DNA of 32,000 bases from Xanthomonas campestris pv. campestris str. ATCC 33913 (GTDB taxonomy: Bacteria > Pseudomonadota > Gammaproteobacteria > Xanthomonadales > Xanthomonadaceae): contig NC_003902.1 in the NCBI RefSeq assembly GCF_000007145.1, forward strand, positions 2,636,497 through 2,668,496, in the 5' to 3' direction. Shown in pieces: positions 1 through 10,655 of this stretch. Below the pieces are notes generated by a model. That model was not told where the DNA came from and made no database searches. It was given only the letters and a program-made list of their open reading frames with translations. Position 1 is the stretch's first letter. Each line of letters begins with the position of its first letter. Both the position numbers and the translations under genes were made by a program.

Positions 1-30
1 CGGCCTGTGCGACAGCACCAGGCCAAGGCG

Positions 31-1275
31 TCAGTGCCGCACCTGCCCCTCACCGCGCACCACGAAGCGCTCCACGGTCAGCGCCTCCAGGCCCATCGGG
101 CCGTACGAATGCAGGCGCGTGGTGGAGATGCCGATCTCCGCGCCCAGGCCGAGTTCGCCACCGTCGGAAAATCGCGAAGACGCATTGACCATCACCACCG
201 CCGAGCGCAGCGACTGCACGAACGTTTCGGCGTTGGCGGGCGTCTGCGTGGCGATCACCTCGGTGTGATCCGAGCCGTACTGACGGATATGCGCCAGCGC
301 GGTGTCCAGATCCGGCACCACGCGGATGGCCAGGATAAGGTCCAGGAATTCGGCGGCGTAGTCGTCGTCGCTGGCCGCGGCGATCTCGGGCAGCACTGCG
401 CGCGTTGCCGCATCGCCACGCAGCTCGACGTTGCGCGCGCGCAACGCAGCGGCGGCGGCGGGGAGAAAGCGTTCGGCAATGTCTGCATGCACCAGCAGGG
501 TCTCCAGCGAATTGCATGCCGACGGCCGCGAGGCCTTGCCATCCACCAGCAGGCGCACCGCCAGGTCCACGTCGGCCGAGGCATCCACGAACAGATGGCA
601 CACGCCCTTGTAATGCTTGATCACCGGCACGCGTGCGTGTTCGGCAACAAAACGGATCAGGCCCTCGCCACCGCGCGGAATCGCCAGATCGACGATATCG
701 CTGAGTTGCAGCAGCTCCAGCATGGTTTCGCGGCGCAGATCCTCGACCAGCGTCAACGCGGCCTCGGGCACATTGGCCTCGCGCAATGCGCCCTGCAGTG
801 CGCGCGCAATCGCGGTGTTGGAGTGAATCGCCTCCGAGCCGCCACGCAGGATCACGCCGTTGCCGGCCTTGATGCACAGCGCTGCCGCATCAGCGGTCAC
901 ATTGGGGCGGGCTTCGTAGATCATCGCGATCACCCCCAGCGGCACGCGCACCTTCTGCACGCGGATGCCGTTGGGGCGCACATCGTCGCGCGTGACCTGG
1001 CCCACTGGATCCGGCAGCACGGCTACCTCACGCAACGCCGCGCCCACTGCCGACAAGCGCGCCGGCGTCAGCGTCAGGCGATCGAGCATCGCCGCACCGG
1101 TGCCCTTCTCACGCGCCGCATCCACGTCACGCTGGTTGGCCTGCAGAATCTGCGTCGCATCGGTGTCGAGCGCATTGGCCATGGCCAGCAATAAGGCCTG
1201 CTTGGCGTCTGCGGACAATTGCGACAGCACCTGCGCGGCGTCGCGGCATTGCAGGGCGAGCGATTTGATGGTCAT
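31..1275 (-). CDS. proA: gamma-glutamyl phosphate reductase (414 aa)
   Basis: ORF 31..1392. I chose the internal ATG at 1273-1275 ([15 protein letters not shown]...) because the 39 upstream codons run through the GGGAAT repeat element. The translation is full-length ALDH-type ProA-like and sits directly downstream of proB. Confidence 0.9.
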   Translation of the reverse strand: MTIKSLALQCRDAAQVLSQLSADAKQALLLAMANALDTDATQILQANQRDVDAAREKGTGAAMLDRLTLTPARLSAVGAALREVAVLPDPVGQVTRDDVRPNGIRVQKVRVPLGVIAMIYEARPNVTADAAALCIKAGNGVILRGGSEAIHSNTAIARALQGALREANVPEAALTLVEDLRRETMLELLQLSDIVDLAIPRGGEGLIRFVAEHARVPVIKHYKGVCHLFVDASADVDLAVRLLVDGKASRPSACNSLETLLVHADIAERFLPAAAAALRARNVELRGDAATRAVLPEIAAASDDDYAAEFLDLILAIRVVPDLDTALAHIRQYGSDHTEVIATQTPANAETFVQSLRSAVVMVNASSRFSDGGELGLGAEIGISTTRLHSYGPMGLEALTVERFVVRGEGQVRH

Positions 1276-1286
1276 TGGGGGCAACC

Positions 1287-1410
1287 GGGAATGGGGAGTG
1301 GGGAATCGGGAATGGCAACGGCCTGCATCACTGCGTCGTTCACGTCTGAGCATCGGAAACACCACGGGTGTAAGCGCTGTTGCGATTCCCAAGTCCCGAT
1401 TCCCGATTCG
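1287..1410. repeat. imperfect inverted repeat built from GGGAAT/ATTCCC motifs, in the proB-proA spacer
   Basis: Left arm 1287-1315 is gggaatggggagtggggaatcgggaatgg. Right arm 1383-1410 is cgattcccaagtcccgattcccgattcg, roughly its reverse complement. The arms are separated by about 67 nt. Confidence 0.6.
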
Positions 1411-1413
1411 CGG

Positions 1414-2568
1414 CTACAAAACTACCAGATCATCACGATGCACCACATTCTCGCCGTAGCTGTAGCCGAGGATCGGTTCGATCTCGCGCGAATGGCGGCG
1501 GGCGATGCGGCGCACATCAAGTGCCGAATACTGGCTCACGCCACGTGCCAGGCAGCGGCTGCCCACGCTGTCGCGCAGGTGGATTTCCACCATGTCGCCA
1601 CGGCGGAAATCGCCTTCGGCACCGGCCACGCCACCGGGTAGCAGCGAGGCGCCCTTGTCGGTGAGCGCCAGCGCGGCGCCGGCGTCGATCAGGATCGTGC
1701 CCGGCTCCACCGGCGCATGCCGCAGCCAGTATTTGCGCGCGGCAATGCGCGTGCGCGCGGCGTGGATGCGCGTGCCGCACAGCCGGTCCTGCGCCAGCCC
1801 GCGCACCACCTCGGCACTGCGGCCGTTGAACAGATAGGTTTCGATCCCGGCCGCACCGGCCTTGGCGGCGGCTTCCAGCTTGGTGCGCATGCCGCCGGTG
1901 CCCACGCTGCTGCCGCTGCCGCCGGCCATCGCCAGCACCTCGGCGCTGAGTTCGGCCACCTCGTCGAGCGGGCGTGCCAGCGGGTTGCTGCGCGGGTCGG
2001 CGCTGTACAGGCCATCGATATCGGTGGCGATGAACAAGGCATCGGCATCGACCAGCGCGGCCACGATCGCGGCCAGGTTGTCGTTGTCGCCGAGCTTGAG
2101 TTCATCCACCGACACGGTGTCGTTCTCGTTGATCACCGGCAATGCGCCCAGCCGCAACAGTTCGCCCAGCGTGGCGCGCGCATTGAGGTAGCGGCGGCGG
2201 TTGCGCAGGTCGTCGTGGGTGAGCAGCACCTGCGCCACCGGGCGCTCGAAAAAGCGCTGCCACAACGCGATCAACTGCGCCTGGCCCAGCGCGGCCAGTG
2301 CCTGGCGCGCAGCGATGGCGGCGCCAGCTTCGGCTGCCTTGGGCAGGATGGCGCGCCCGGCCGCCACCGCGCCGGACGAGACGATCACCACTTCGCGCCC
2401 CGCCGCCAGATTGGCCGATACAAACTGCGCCAGGCCCAGCGCAAACCGCGGCGACAGGCCGCCGCCATCGGCCGCCAGCAGGCTGCTGCCGACCTTGAGC
2501 ACTGCGCGCCGCCACGGCGGCAGCACCTGCTCGGTAAACAGCGAGGTCGCGACGACCGGCTGGGTCAT
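1414..2568 (-). CDS. proB: glutamate 5-kinase with C-terminal PUA domain (384 aa)
   Basis: ATG at 2566-2568 and TAG at 1414-1416. The N-terminus RRAVLKVGSSLL and the overall translation match amino-acid kinase fold ProB. The gene is adjacent to proA. Confidence 0.92.
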   Translation of the reverse strand: MTQPVVATSLFTEQVLPPWRRAVLKVGSSLLAADGGGLSPRFALGLAQFVSANLAAGREVVIVSSGAVAAGRAILPKAAEAGAAIAARQALAALGQAQLIALWQRFFERPVAQVLLTHDDLRNRRRYLNARATLGELLRLGALPVINENDTVSVDELKLGDNDNLAAIVAALVDADALFIATDIDGLYSADPRSNPLARPLDEVAELSAEVLAMAGGSGSSVGTGGMRTKLEAAAKAGAAGIETYLFNGRSAEVVRGLAQDRLCGTRIHAARTRIAARKYWLRHAPVEPGTILIDAGAALALTDKGASLLPGGVAGAEGDFRRGDMVEIHLRDSVGSRCLARGVSQYSALDVRRIARRHSREIEPILGYSYGENVVHRDDLVVL

Positions 2569-2626
2569 GGCCGTGCCCTAGTGATTGCGGCAGCGATCAC
2601 CACGTGTGCCACGCGGATGTGCAGCC

Positions 2627-2887
2627 TCACTGCGCGTTCCATTCGTACACCGTCAGCGTGGAGGCACCGCGCACGGCCAGGGGATCCTGCGCCACGATCT
2701 GCTGCGCCTGCGCCAGACCCTCGACATTGATCAATACGTACGCGCCACCGCTGCCGTCGCTGAAGCCCCCGGTCAACTCCAGTTGACCTGCGGCTCGCAG
2801 CGCATCCAGAAAATCGCGATGCGGCTGCACCACATCGGCCGGGAAGTCGGGCTGGCGCATCGCCAGGACCAGATAGCGCTTGGCCAT
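2627..2887 (-). CDS. YciI-like small protein (86 aa)
   Basis: Translation [20 protein letters not shown]...LTGGFSDGSGGAYVLINVEGLAQAQQIVAQDPL resembles the YCII domain. Its ATG overlaps the cupin stop (ATGA at 2885-2889). GC3 is high. Confidence 0.7.
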   Translation of the reverse strand: MAKRYLVLAMRQPDFPADVVQPHRDFLDALRAAGQLELTGGFSDGSGGAYVLINVEGLAQAQQIVAQDPLAVRGASTLTVYEWNAQ

Positions 2888-3294
2888 CAGTCGGCCTCCG
2901 TTGGCGCGGCGCCCGGTGCAACCACGGCGGCGGTGGCCACAGGGGCGCCGGCAGTGGTCGTAAGCTCGGCCTTGCCATGCGGCGTGGAAATCACCAGGAA
3001 CCGCGCCTGCTCGTCGGACAGGTTGTGCATCTGATGCGTCGAGCCGGGCGTCACATGCAGGCCCTGGCCCACCTTGAGCACGTGCTGCTCGCCATCCACC
3101 TGCAGCATCACCTCGCCGGCGAGCACATAGAAAAAATGCCGTGCACGGCTATGCCGGTGGCGTTGCTCCATCGCGCCCGGTGGCATGTGCTCTTCGAGCA
3201 CGCTGAGCCCCGGGTCGCGCAGCAGGTGCCAGCCATCGCAGGCCTCGCCCCAGGGATAGTGCTCGGCGGTGTCGGCACTGAGGGTGGGGATCAC
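2887..3294 (-). CDS. cupin-domain protein with Ala/Thr/Pro-rich C-terminal tail (135 aa)
   Basis: The GTG start at 3292-3294 overlaps the argH stop (GTGA). A cupin-like core is present: [17 protein letters not shown]...[16 protein letters not shown]. Confidence 0.72.
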
Positions 3295-4586
3295 TGCAGC
3301 GCCTCCCAGCGGGCGCGCAGCACATCCAGCTGCAGGTCGGCCGCCGCACCGGGCGACACGCGTGCGGCCAGGCTGCCTTCCGGTGTGCGTCCCTGCCCTG
3401 CGCTGTCAGACGCGGCGGCGGCCGCCTTGTAGGCGTCGCGGAACGGCACCCCGGCCACGGCGGCTTCCACCGCCACATCGGTGGCGTACATGCCCGAATC
3501 GATCGCCGAACGCAGCTTGTCCGGCCGCCATTCCAGGTTGGCCAGCAAGGCCGGCAAAAGCTCCAGCGCGGCCAGGCCGCGCGCAAAGCCGTGCACGATC
3601 GCGCCCTTGCTGCTCTGCAGATCGCGGTGGTAGCCGGACGGCAGCGACAGCAGCTGTTCGATCTCGGTGCGCGCCGCTGCCACGCTGGCGTGGGTGGCGC
3701 GCATCAATTCGATGACATCGGGGTTGCGCTTGTTCGGCATGATCGAACTGCCCGTGGTGTACTGCGCCGGCAGCGCGACAAAGGCGAATTCGCCGCTGGT
3801 GAACAACGACAGATCCCAGGCAATCCGGCGCAGGTCCAGCGTTGCGCCACCCAGCGCTTCCAGTGCAGCCAGTTCGAACTTGCCACGCGAGAGCTGTGCG
3901 TAGATGGGCGAGACCTGCAGGCGCGCGAAGCCAAGTTCGGCGGTGGTGTGCGCTCGGTCCAGCGGCAGATTGACGCCATAACCCGCGGCGGTGCCCAGCG
4001 GGTTGGTGTCTACCAGCTTGAAGGTGTCGTTGGCGCGCACGGCGTTGTCGATGAAGGCCTCGGCCCACCCCGCCCACCACATGCCGGCCGAGGACACCAC
4101 CGCTCGCTGGATGTGCGTGTAGCCGGGCACCGGTAGCTCGGCTTCGGCCTGTGCGCGGTCCAGCGCCACCTTGGCCACCTCGGTGCTGAGCGCGGCCACG
4201 CGCTGCAGCTTGTCCTTCAACCATAGCCGCGTGGCCACCAGGATCTGGTCGTTGCGGCTGCGCCCGGTGTGGATCTTGCGGCCGGCATCGCCCAGGCATT
4301 CGGTCAGCCGCGCTTCGATGGCCGAATGGCAATCCTCGTAATGCGCATCGAGCACGAACGCGCCGCTACGGAAGTCGTCGGCCAGCAGATCCAGCTGCTC
4401 GCTCAGCCCGCCCAGTTCCTCCAGCGACAGGATGCCGATGTGCTGCAGCCCCTGCGCATGCGCCTTGCTGGCCGCGATGTCATACAGGAAGAACTCGCGG
4501 TCCAGGATGACGTCATCGCCGGCCAGGAAGGTCTGGATCTTGGCGTCCACCGCCACGCCGGGTTTTTGCCACAACAGATTGGTCAT
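3291..4586 (-). CDS. argH: argininosuccinate lyase (431 aa)
   Basis: Carries the fumarate-lyase signature [12 protein letters not shown]. The translation is ArgH-like over its full length, with ATG at 4584-4586. Confidence 0.93.
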
Positions 4587-4661
4587 CGGAAAGCGTCTCG
4601 AAATAAGTCGTCCAATTGAATCCCCGCAGATGGATGTGCGGGCGCTTGCGAGGGACGCGCA

Positions 4662-5612
4662 TCAGCCAATTGCGGTCAATTCGTCCCAGCCCAGCGCCAG
4701 GTTGAGGTTCTGCATGGCCTGCGTGGCCGCACCCTTGAGCAGGTTGTCCAGCGTTGCCACCACCACCACGCGCTTGTTGCCCGGCGCCATGGTGAACCCA
4801 CCGATCTGCACGCCCTGGGTGCCGGCGATACGGCTCACCCACGGCGCCTCGTCCACGATCTCGATCAAGGGCTCATGCGCATACCGCTCCAGGTAGCGTG
4901 CGTGGATCTGCTCGCGCGTCAACGGCTGCTGCAGCCACAGGTTCACGGTCATGGTGATGCCGCGGAAATGCGGCGCCACATGCGGCATGAATTCCACCGG
5001 CACGCCGAGCTGCGCGGAGACTTCGCGCTCGTGCATGTGGTTGGTCAGCGCGTACGGCATCAGGTTGTCGGCCAGCAACGCGGGATTGTTCTTGTCTGAA
5101 GGCGTGGTGCCCGCACCGGAATAGCCGGAGACGCCAAAGCACTGCGGCGGCCCTGCCAGTTGCTCGCGCAGCGGCGTGATCGCCAGCTGCATGGCCGTGG
5201 CATAGCAGCCGGGATTGCTGATGCGGCGCTGCCCGGCGTAGGTGTGGCGGGTAAGCTCCGGCAAGCCGTAATACCAGGCCGGATCGAAGCGGTAGTCGGC
5301 CGACAGGTCGATCAGCAACGTCTGCGGCCGGCTGGCATCGATGGCCGCCACGAAGGGCTCGGCCTTGCCGTTGGGCAATGCCAGGATCACCACGTCCGCG
5401 GCCTTGGCAGCCACCGCGTCGGCGTCCAGGCTTTCATAGCGCAGCTCGCCCTCATAGCCATCGCTGTGCTCGGCCACGCGCTGGCCGGCGAGCTCGCGCG
5501 AGGACACGAACACCAGCTGCAACTGCGGGTGCGCGGCAATCAGCTTGATCAGCTCCGCGCCGGTATGGCCGCGTGCGCCCACAATGCCGATGGTGGTTGG
5601 TTGAACAGTCAT
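4662..5612 (-). CDS. argC: N-acetyl-gamma-glutamyl-phosphate reductase (316 aa)
   Basis: ORF 4662..5660. I chose the internal ATG at 5610-5612 ([21 protein letters not shown]), which gives a Rossmann N-terminus. The active-site motif NPGCYAT is present. The start overlaps the GNAT stop (ATGA at 5609-5612). Confidence 0.92.
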   Translation of the reverse strand: MTVQPTTIGIVGARGHTGAELIKLIAAHPQLQLVFVSSRELAGQRVAEHSDGYEGELRYESLDADAVAAKAADVVILALPNGKAEPFVAAIDASRPQTLLIDLSADYRFDPAWYYGLPELTRHTYAGQRRISNPGCYATAMQLAITPLREQLAGPPQCFGVSGYSGAGTTPSDKNNPALLADNLMPYALTNHMHEREVSAQLGVPVEFMPHVAPHFRGITMTVNLWLQQPLTREQIHARYLERYAHEPLIEIVDEAPWVSRIAGTQGVQIGGFTMAPGNKRVVVVATLDNLLKGAATQAMQNLNLALGWDELTAIG

Positions 5613-6220
5613 GCGTGTGCGTCCAGGCGGAACTGCAGGTGGCGTTTCACCCCGGCCCATTCCGCATTGATGATGGAAAACACCACGGTGTCGCGTGGCG
5701 TGCCGTCGGCGTGGCGCGTGTGATTGCGCAGCACCCCGTCCTGCTTTGCACCCAGCCGCGCGATGGCCGCGCGCGAGGTGTGATTGAACCAGCTGGTCTC
5801 GAACACCACGCTCAGGCAGCCGAGCGTTTCAAAGGCATGCCCAAGCAGCAGACGTTTTGCCTCGGTATTGAGGCCGGTGCGCTGCACCCGCGGCGCGTAC
5901 CAGGTGTAGCCGATCGACAGCTTCGGCACCGACGCATCCAGTGCGTAGTAGCGCGTGCTGCCGGCGATCTCGCCCGCCGCATCGCGCACCACGAACGGCA
6001 GCGCAGTGCCGTCCGCCTGCGCTGCCAACGCGGCGGCGATGTAGTCATCGACTTGCGCAGCACTGGGCACGCTGGTGTACCACAGGCGCGACAACGCGCC
6101 ATCGGCCACTGCCGCACGCAAGCCATCGGCGTGGGCAGCGCGCAATGGCTCCAGCGTGACGTGCTGGCCGCGCAAGGTGGGCACCTCGCGCCAGAGCGTT
6201 TGCGATGCGGCGGCCGTCAT
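5609..6220 (-). CDS. GNAT family N-acetyltransferase, RimJ/RimL-like (203 aa)
   Basis: ORF 5609..6319. I chose the ATG at 6218-6220 because it lies 5 nt after the argA/B stop (6226). The translation ...[65 protein letters not shown] is typical of Acetyltransf_3-type GNATs. Confidence 0.8.
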   Translation of the reverse strand: MTAAASQTLWREVPTLRGQHVTLEPLRAAHADGLRAAVADGALSRLWYTSVPSAAQVDDYIAAALAAQADGTALPFVVRDAAGEIAGSTRYYALDASVPKLSIGYTWYAPRVQRTGLNTEAKRLLLGHAFETLGCLSVVFETSWFNHTSRAAIARLGAKQDGVLRNHTRHADGTPRDTVVFSIINAEWAGVKRHLQFRLDAHA

Positions 6221-6225
6221 TGCAC

Positions 6226-7569
6226 TCACCCCAGCAAGGTGGGTTGACGCGTCGCGCAATGCGCCACGCAGTGCTGGATCTGCTCGAAGTTCTCCAGCCC
6301 ATACCAGAACACCTTCCACTTTTCCTGCTTGATGCAGCCGTCGGATTCGGCGTAGTAGAAGATGTTGACCTGGTTGTTGTGACGCGAGCGCCAGAACAGC
6401 TGCGGGGTTTCTTCGCGCATCACGTTCCAGACCGCACGGCCCAGGCCCTCGCCTTGCGCATCGTCGAGCACGGCAAACTTGTCCAGATAGATCAGCGCGC
6501 TTGCACCCAGCATGCCCTCATCGGTGAGGATCACCGCCGCGCGATAGTTCTCGCTGACATAGGCACGCAGCAACTTGGTGTTGCTGAAGTAATCGGGCAC
6601 CAGCGTACGGCCGAAGCTGGATTCGATCAGCGAGGTGAGCCGCGGCAGATCCAGTTCGTCCCACGAGGTCGCGCGCAGTACGCGCTCGCCACGCCGCACC
6701 AACGTGCCGGAACCCTTGTGGGTGAACAGTTCCTTGGCCAGATCCGCCGGCCGGGTGATCGACACCGACGACTCCAGCGGCAGCCGATCGAGCAGATCCT
6801 TGATCTGTTCGATCTTCACCCGCATGCCGCCGTTGATCCACGGCTGCTGCATCAGATGGTCGTATTCGGTGGACAGGTTGATCGAGTCGATCAGCTTGCC
6901 TTCGGCATCCAGCAAGCCGCCGGTGCCGGTGAGGAAGATGATCTTGTACGGCTGCAGTTCCTGCACCAATTCGTTGGCGGCAAAATCGGCGTTGACGTTG
7001 AGGATCTGCCCGCTCGGGGTCTCGCCCAGGCTGGTGATCACCGGGATCGAACCGGCCTGCAGGCTGGCCTCGATCGGCGCCAGATTCACTGCCTTGACCT
7101 CGCCGACCAGGCCGTAGGTGTCGCGATTCAGATATTCGGCTTCAAAAACGCCGCCGGTGATCGAAGTCGCACGCGCGCCGTTCTGCTGCAGCGCTTCCAC
7201 CAGCTTGAGGTTGGAGGCCTGAAACACCTTGCGCACGATCGCCAGGGCATGCGGCGAGGTCACGCGCAGGCCGTTGACGGTCTGCTTTTCGATGCCGGCG
7301 GCCGATAGCTCGGCATCCAGCTGCGGGCCCGCGCCGTGCAGCACGATCGGGGTGAGCCCTACTTCCTGCAGGAACGACAACGACGAGGTCAGCGCCTCCA
7401 GGTCGTCGCGCAACACCGCGCCGCCCACCTTGACCACCGCAAAGCGCTTGGCGTCCAGCTGCGAGAAACGCTTCAGGTACTGGCTGATCTCTTTCGCGCT
7501 GGCCATGCTCGAAAGCAGGCGCACGATGGTCTGGCGGGTCTGTTTGTGGGGCTGTGCAGGAAGGGACAT
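6226..7569 (-). CDS. argB: bifunctional N-acetylglutamate synthase / N-acetylglutamate kinase (447 aa)
   Basis: The N-terminal amino-acid-kinase part carries [11 protein letters not shown] and LHGAGPQ. The C-terminal GNAT part carries [20 protein letters not shown]. This architecture and length match the bifunctional NAGS-K described for Xanthomonas campestris. Confidence 0.9.
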   Translation of the reverse strand: MSLPAQPHKQTRQTIVRLLSSMASAKEISQYLKRFSQLDAKRFAVVKVGGAVLRDDLEALTSSLSFLQEVGLTPIVLHGAGPQLDAELSAAGIEKQTVNGLRVTSPHALAIVRKVFQASNLKLVEALQQNGARATSITGGVFEAEYLNRDTYGLVGEVKAVNLAPIEASLQAGSIPVITSLGETPSGQILNVNADFAANELVQELQPYKIIFLTGTGGLLDAEGKLIDSINLSTEYDHLMQQPWINGGMRVKIEQIKDLLDRLPLESSVSITRPADLAKELFTHKGSGTLVRRGERVLRATSWDELDLPRLTSLIESSFGRTLVPDYFSNTKLLRAYVSENYRAAVILTDEGMLGASALIYLDKFAVLDDAQGEGLGRAVWNVMREETPQLFWRSRHNNQVNIFYYAESDGCIKQEKWKVFWYGLENFEQIQHCVAHCATRQPTLLG

Positions 7570-7617
7570 TGCGGTGATCGTTGGGAGGAATGGCCGCGCC
7601 AGGCGCGGAACGCAGGC

Positions 7618-8718
7618 TCAGTGCGAGCCGTTGATGATGCGGTTGACCGACTCGACGTAGCGCTGCAACTGCGCCAGCGTCACGAACTCGTCGGCGGTGT
7701 GCGCCTGGGCAATATCGCCCGGGCCATAAACCAGTGCGGTGTAGCCGCCGGCCGAAAACAGCGAGGCCTCGGTCCAGAAGTCCACCGCATTGCCGATCGG
7801 CAGGTCCAGCGCATCGGCCACATCGCGCGCCGCCAGGCGACGCTCTTCGGCACGTGCGATGTCGCCCGATGGCAGGCTGGGGCCGCGAAAGGTTTCTTCG
7901 AAATGCGCCGCAGCCGGATCGGCAAACCCGGCAAAGGTCGCCAGCAGGCCATCCACATCCATGGACGGCAGCGGCCGGAAGCCAAAGCGCAGTTCGGCCG
8001 CCGGCGCGATCATGTTGGCCTTGATGCCGCCATCGACGCGGCCGATGTTGAAGCGCAAACCGGTCAGCCCGCCGAAACGCGCGTGCGCCAGCGACTCGAC
8101 ATGATCCAGCGCCTTGCCGCCCCAGCGCATCGCCTGGTGCAGCGCGCTGGCAGCCGGATCCTGCTTGCCGGACGCATGCCCGGCACGGCCGGCAAAGCGC
8201 ATCAGCACCGAGCTGATGCCGCGATGCGCCAGCACCGCCTCGCTCATGGTCGGCTCGGCCACCAGCACGGCGTCATACGGCAAGCCACGCGCCAGAAACG
8301 CCGCGATGCAGCGCGGGTCATTGGCTTCTTCGTCGGACGAAAACAGAAACGCCGCATCGCCATCGCCGGCATTGGCGGCCGCTACCAACGCCGCGGCCGC
8401 GCCCTTGATGTCGCAGACGCCCAGGCCGATCACCCGGTCCTCGGTGCGCCGCATCACGTGCGGATCGGCGCTCCAGTGCGGCGAATCCGGCACCGTGTCC
8501 AGATGCACATTGAACAGGTACTTCGGCGTGCCACGCACCGCGTACAGGCTCACTGCCCCATCGCCATGATCGATCACTTCGACCTGGAAACCGGGCAACT
8601 GCGCACGCAGATAATCGAAGATGCCACCTTCGGCAGCGATCGCACGCGGCGGATTGCGGGTGTCGAAGGACACCAGCGTTTCCAGGTGTTCGAGGGTGGA
8701 GGCGAGTAGATCGGTCAT
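7618..8718 (-). CDS. argE: ArgE-type M20 deacetylase (acetylornithine / N-acetylcitrulline deacetylase, 366 aa)
   Basis: ORF 7618..8883. I chose the internal ATG at 8716-8718 (MTDLLASTLEHLETLVSFDTRNPP) because the upstream codons run into the REP element. M20 motifs are present: NVHLDTVP, GVCDIKG, SSDEEA. Confidence 0.86.
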   Translation of the reverse strand: MTDLLASTLEHLETLVSFDTRNPPRAIAAEGGIFDYLRAQLPGFQVEVIDHGDGAVSLYAVRGTPKYLFNVHLDTVPDSPHWSADPHVMRRTEDRVIGLGVCDIKGAAAALVAAANAGDGDAAFLFSSDEEANDPRCIAAFLARGLPYDAVLVAEPTMSEAVLAHRGISSVLMRFAGRAGHASGKQDPAASALHQAMRWGGKALDHVESLAHARFGGLTGLRFNIGRVDGGIKANMIAPAAELRFGFRPLPSMDVDGLLATFAGFADPAAAHFEETFRGPSLPSGDIARAEERRLAARDVADALDLPIGNAVDFWTEASLFSAGGYTALVYGPGDIAQAHTADEFVTLAQLQRYVESVNRIINGSH

Positions 8719-8810
8719 GTCGGTTTGATCAATGGTCCGAAGTGGCGGCTGGATGAAAGTGTGCAAAGCACGGAGGCGCGCAAACGACTGGTAAATCTCA
8801 TCGAAGCGAT

Positions 8811-8942
8811 TCCTTCTTCCTCCGGGAGAAGGTGCCCCAAAGGGGCGGATGAGGGTACGGGCGAAGCCTAGTGCACTGCACATTGCGGGAGCTTTGCCCG
8901 TACCCTCACCCCAACCCCTCTCCCGAGGGGAGAGGGGCTTTG
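8811..8942. repeat. REP-like composite palindromic element, copy A (subtype 1)
   Basis: ccttcttcctccgggagaagg / tgccccaaaggggcg / gatgagggtacgggc ... gcccgtaccctcac / cccaacccctctcccgaggggagaggggcttt. It consists of two terminal hairpins plus a long internal inverted repeat. The same modules recur at 14026, 21025 and 21326. Confidence 0.8.
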
Positions 8943-8960
8943 CCTACGTGCCTGGAAACC

Positions 8961-10154
8961 TCAGCGGTTGACCTGCGCATACAGCGTGGAGCTCATGCCG
9001 AACAGCTTGATGAACCCCTCGGCCTCTTCCACGCCCCAGTCGGCCGACTGGGCGTAGGTCGCGCCCTTGGCGTTGAGCAGGTGCGGCGAACGCACCGCCA
9101 CCGCATCGACGCGGCCACCGCGAGTTTCCAGCGTGACTTCGCCATTGACCTTGGACTGCGACGACTTCAGGAACGCCTCGATATCGGTCTTGAGCGGGTC
9201 GTGGTAGAAGCCCTCGTACACCAGCTCCACCCACTTGCGCGCCACGTCCGGCTTGAAGCGGTTCTGCTGCTTGGTCAGCACCGCGTCTTCCAGCGCACGG
9301 TGCGCGGTGAGCAGCGAGATCAGGCCCGGCGCTTCGAACACGATGCGGCCCTTCAGGCCGATCACGGTGTCGCCGGTGTACACGCCACGGCCCACGCCGT
9401 ACTGCGCGAACAAGGTGTTGAGCTTGGCCAGGATCTGCGCACCTGGCAGGGCCTTGCCGTCCAGCGCCACGGCCTCGCCTTCGACAAACTTCAGCGTCAC
9501 CGTCAACGCTTCGGTCGGCCACGCGCTACGCGGTGCACACCAGCCGCGTGCGCCTTCGCCCGGTGCTTCCCAGCGATCGATCTCGCCGCCGGACATGGTC
9601 ACGCCCAACAGGTTCTCGTTGATGGTGTAGGCCTTCTGCTTGGCACGCACGCCGAAGCCGCGCTCTTCCAGGTACTTTTGCTCGTAGGCGCGGGTCTGGG
9701 TGTGTTCTTTCTGGATCTCGCGAATCGGCGCCACAATCTGGTAGTCGCCCAGCGCCTTTACCGCCAGGTCGAAACGCACCTGATCGTTGCCCATGCCGGT
9801 GCAGCCGTGCGCGATGATCCGCGTGCCCAGTTCTTCGGCGCGCTTGAGCGCAGCATCGACGATCAGGTAACGGTCGGACACCAGCAACGGGTACTGGCCC
9901 TGGTAGCCCTCGCCGGCCCACACGAACGGCTTGACGAAGCCTTCCCAGATCGCCGGGCCGCCATCGACGGTGACATGGCTGGCTGCGCCCAGCTCGGCGG
10001 CGCGCTTCTCGATGAAATCGCGTTCTTCGGCATCCACACCGCCGGTATCGGCGAACACGGTGTGCACGGCATAGCCGCGCTCCTGCAGGTACGGAATGCA
10101 GAAGCTGGTGTCGAGGCCACCGGAGAAAGCGAGGACGATATCTTTGCTGCTCAT
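8961..10154 (-). CDS. argG: argininosuccinate synthase (397 aa)
   Basis: Carries the N-terminal ATP-binding motif AFSGGLDTS and the motif [12 protein letters not shown]. The translation is ArgG-like over its full length. Confidence 0.95.
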   Translation of the reverse strand: MSSKDIVLAFSGGLDTSFCIPYLQERGYAVHTVFADTGGVDAEERDFIEKRAAELGAASHVTVDGGPAIWEGFVKPFVWAGEGYQGQYPLLVSDRYLIVDAALKRAEELGTRIIAHGCTGMGNDQVRFDLAVKALGDYQIVAPIREIQKEHTQTRAYEQKYLEERGFGVRAKQKAYTINENLLGVTMSGGEIDRWEAPGEGARGWCAPRSAWPTEALTVTLKFVEGEAVALDGKALPGAQILAKLNTLFAQYGVGRGVYTGDTVIGLKGRIVFEAPGLISLLTAHRALEDAVLTKQQNRFKPDVARKWVELVYEGFYHDPLKTDIEAFLKSSQSKVNGEVTLETRGGRVDAVAVRSPHLLNAKGATYAQSADWGVEEAEGFIKLFGMSSTLYAQVNR

Positions 10155-10184
10155 GACGAAGTTCCTGGGGGCAAGGGAGAAAAG

Positions 10185-10655
10185 TTAGTCCGTCACCACG
10201 ATGCGCGGTTCGCAGCGCACCGGGAAGTTGACCGAATTGGCGATGAAACAGGCTTGATGCGCGAGATGATGCAGGGCGTCCGCGGTGGCGGGGTCGCCTG
10301 CGGAAATGGTCACCGTGGGCTTGAGCACCACCTCGCTGAAACGGCCGCTGTCGGCGTCGGTGAACATGCTGCCGATCGCATCGTCCACATAGCCGCGCAC
10401 CACGATGCCGGACTCGGCAGCCAGGTGCAGGTACCACAGCATGTGGCAGGCCGACAGCGACGACACCAGCAGGTCCTCGGGATTGTGCAGCCCCGCGTCG
10501 CCGCGAAACAGCGGATCCGACGACCCGACGATCGGCGGCTTGCCGGCGATGGCAATCTCGTGCTCGCGGCCGTAACTGCGATAGCTGTGCGTGCCCTGCC
10601 CGCGGTCACCGGTCCAGGTGACACGGGCGGCATAACGATGCGTGTGCTGGCTCAC
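10185..10655 (-). CDS. OsmC/Ohr-family protein (156 aa)
   Basis: ORF 10185..10736. I chose the GTG at 10653-10655 because it overlaps the argF' stop (GTGA). The translation VSQHTHRYAARVTWTGDRGQGT... contains the two family cysteines (SLSACHMLWY and HQACFIANS). Confidence 0.78.
   Translation of the reverse strand: MSQHTHRYAARVTWTGDRGQGTHSYRSYGREHEIAIAGKPPIVGSSDPLFRGDAGLHNPEDLLVSSLSACHMLWYLHLAAESGIVVRGYVDDAIGSMFTDADSGRFSEVVLKPTVTISAGDPATADALHHLAHQACFIANSVNFPVRCEPRIVVTD

Noticed and set aside
7-8709. Series of long plus-strand ORFs (7..1194, 1717..2730, 6205..7308, 7336..8709, and others)
   Set aside because: All lie antisense to confidently identified arg/pro genes. They are stop-codon-poor because of GC content, and their compositions are Arg/His/Gln/Ala-rich and unlike real proteins.
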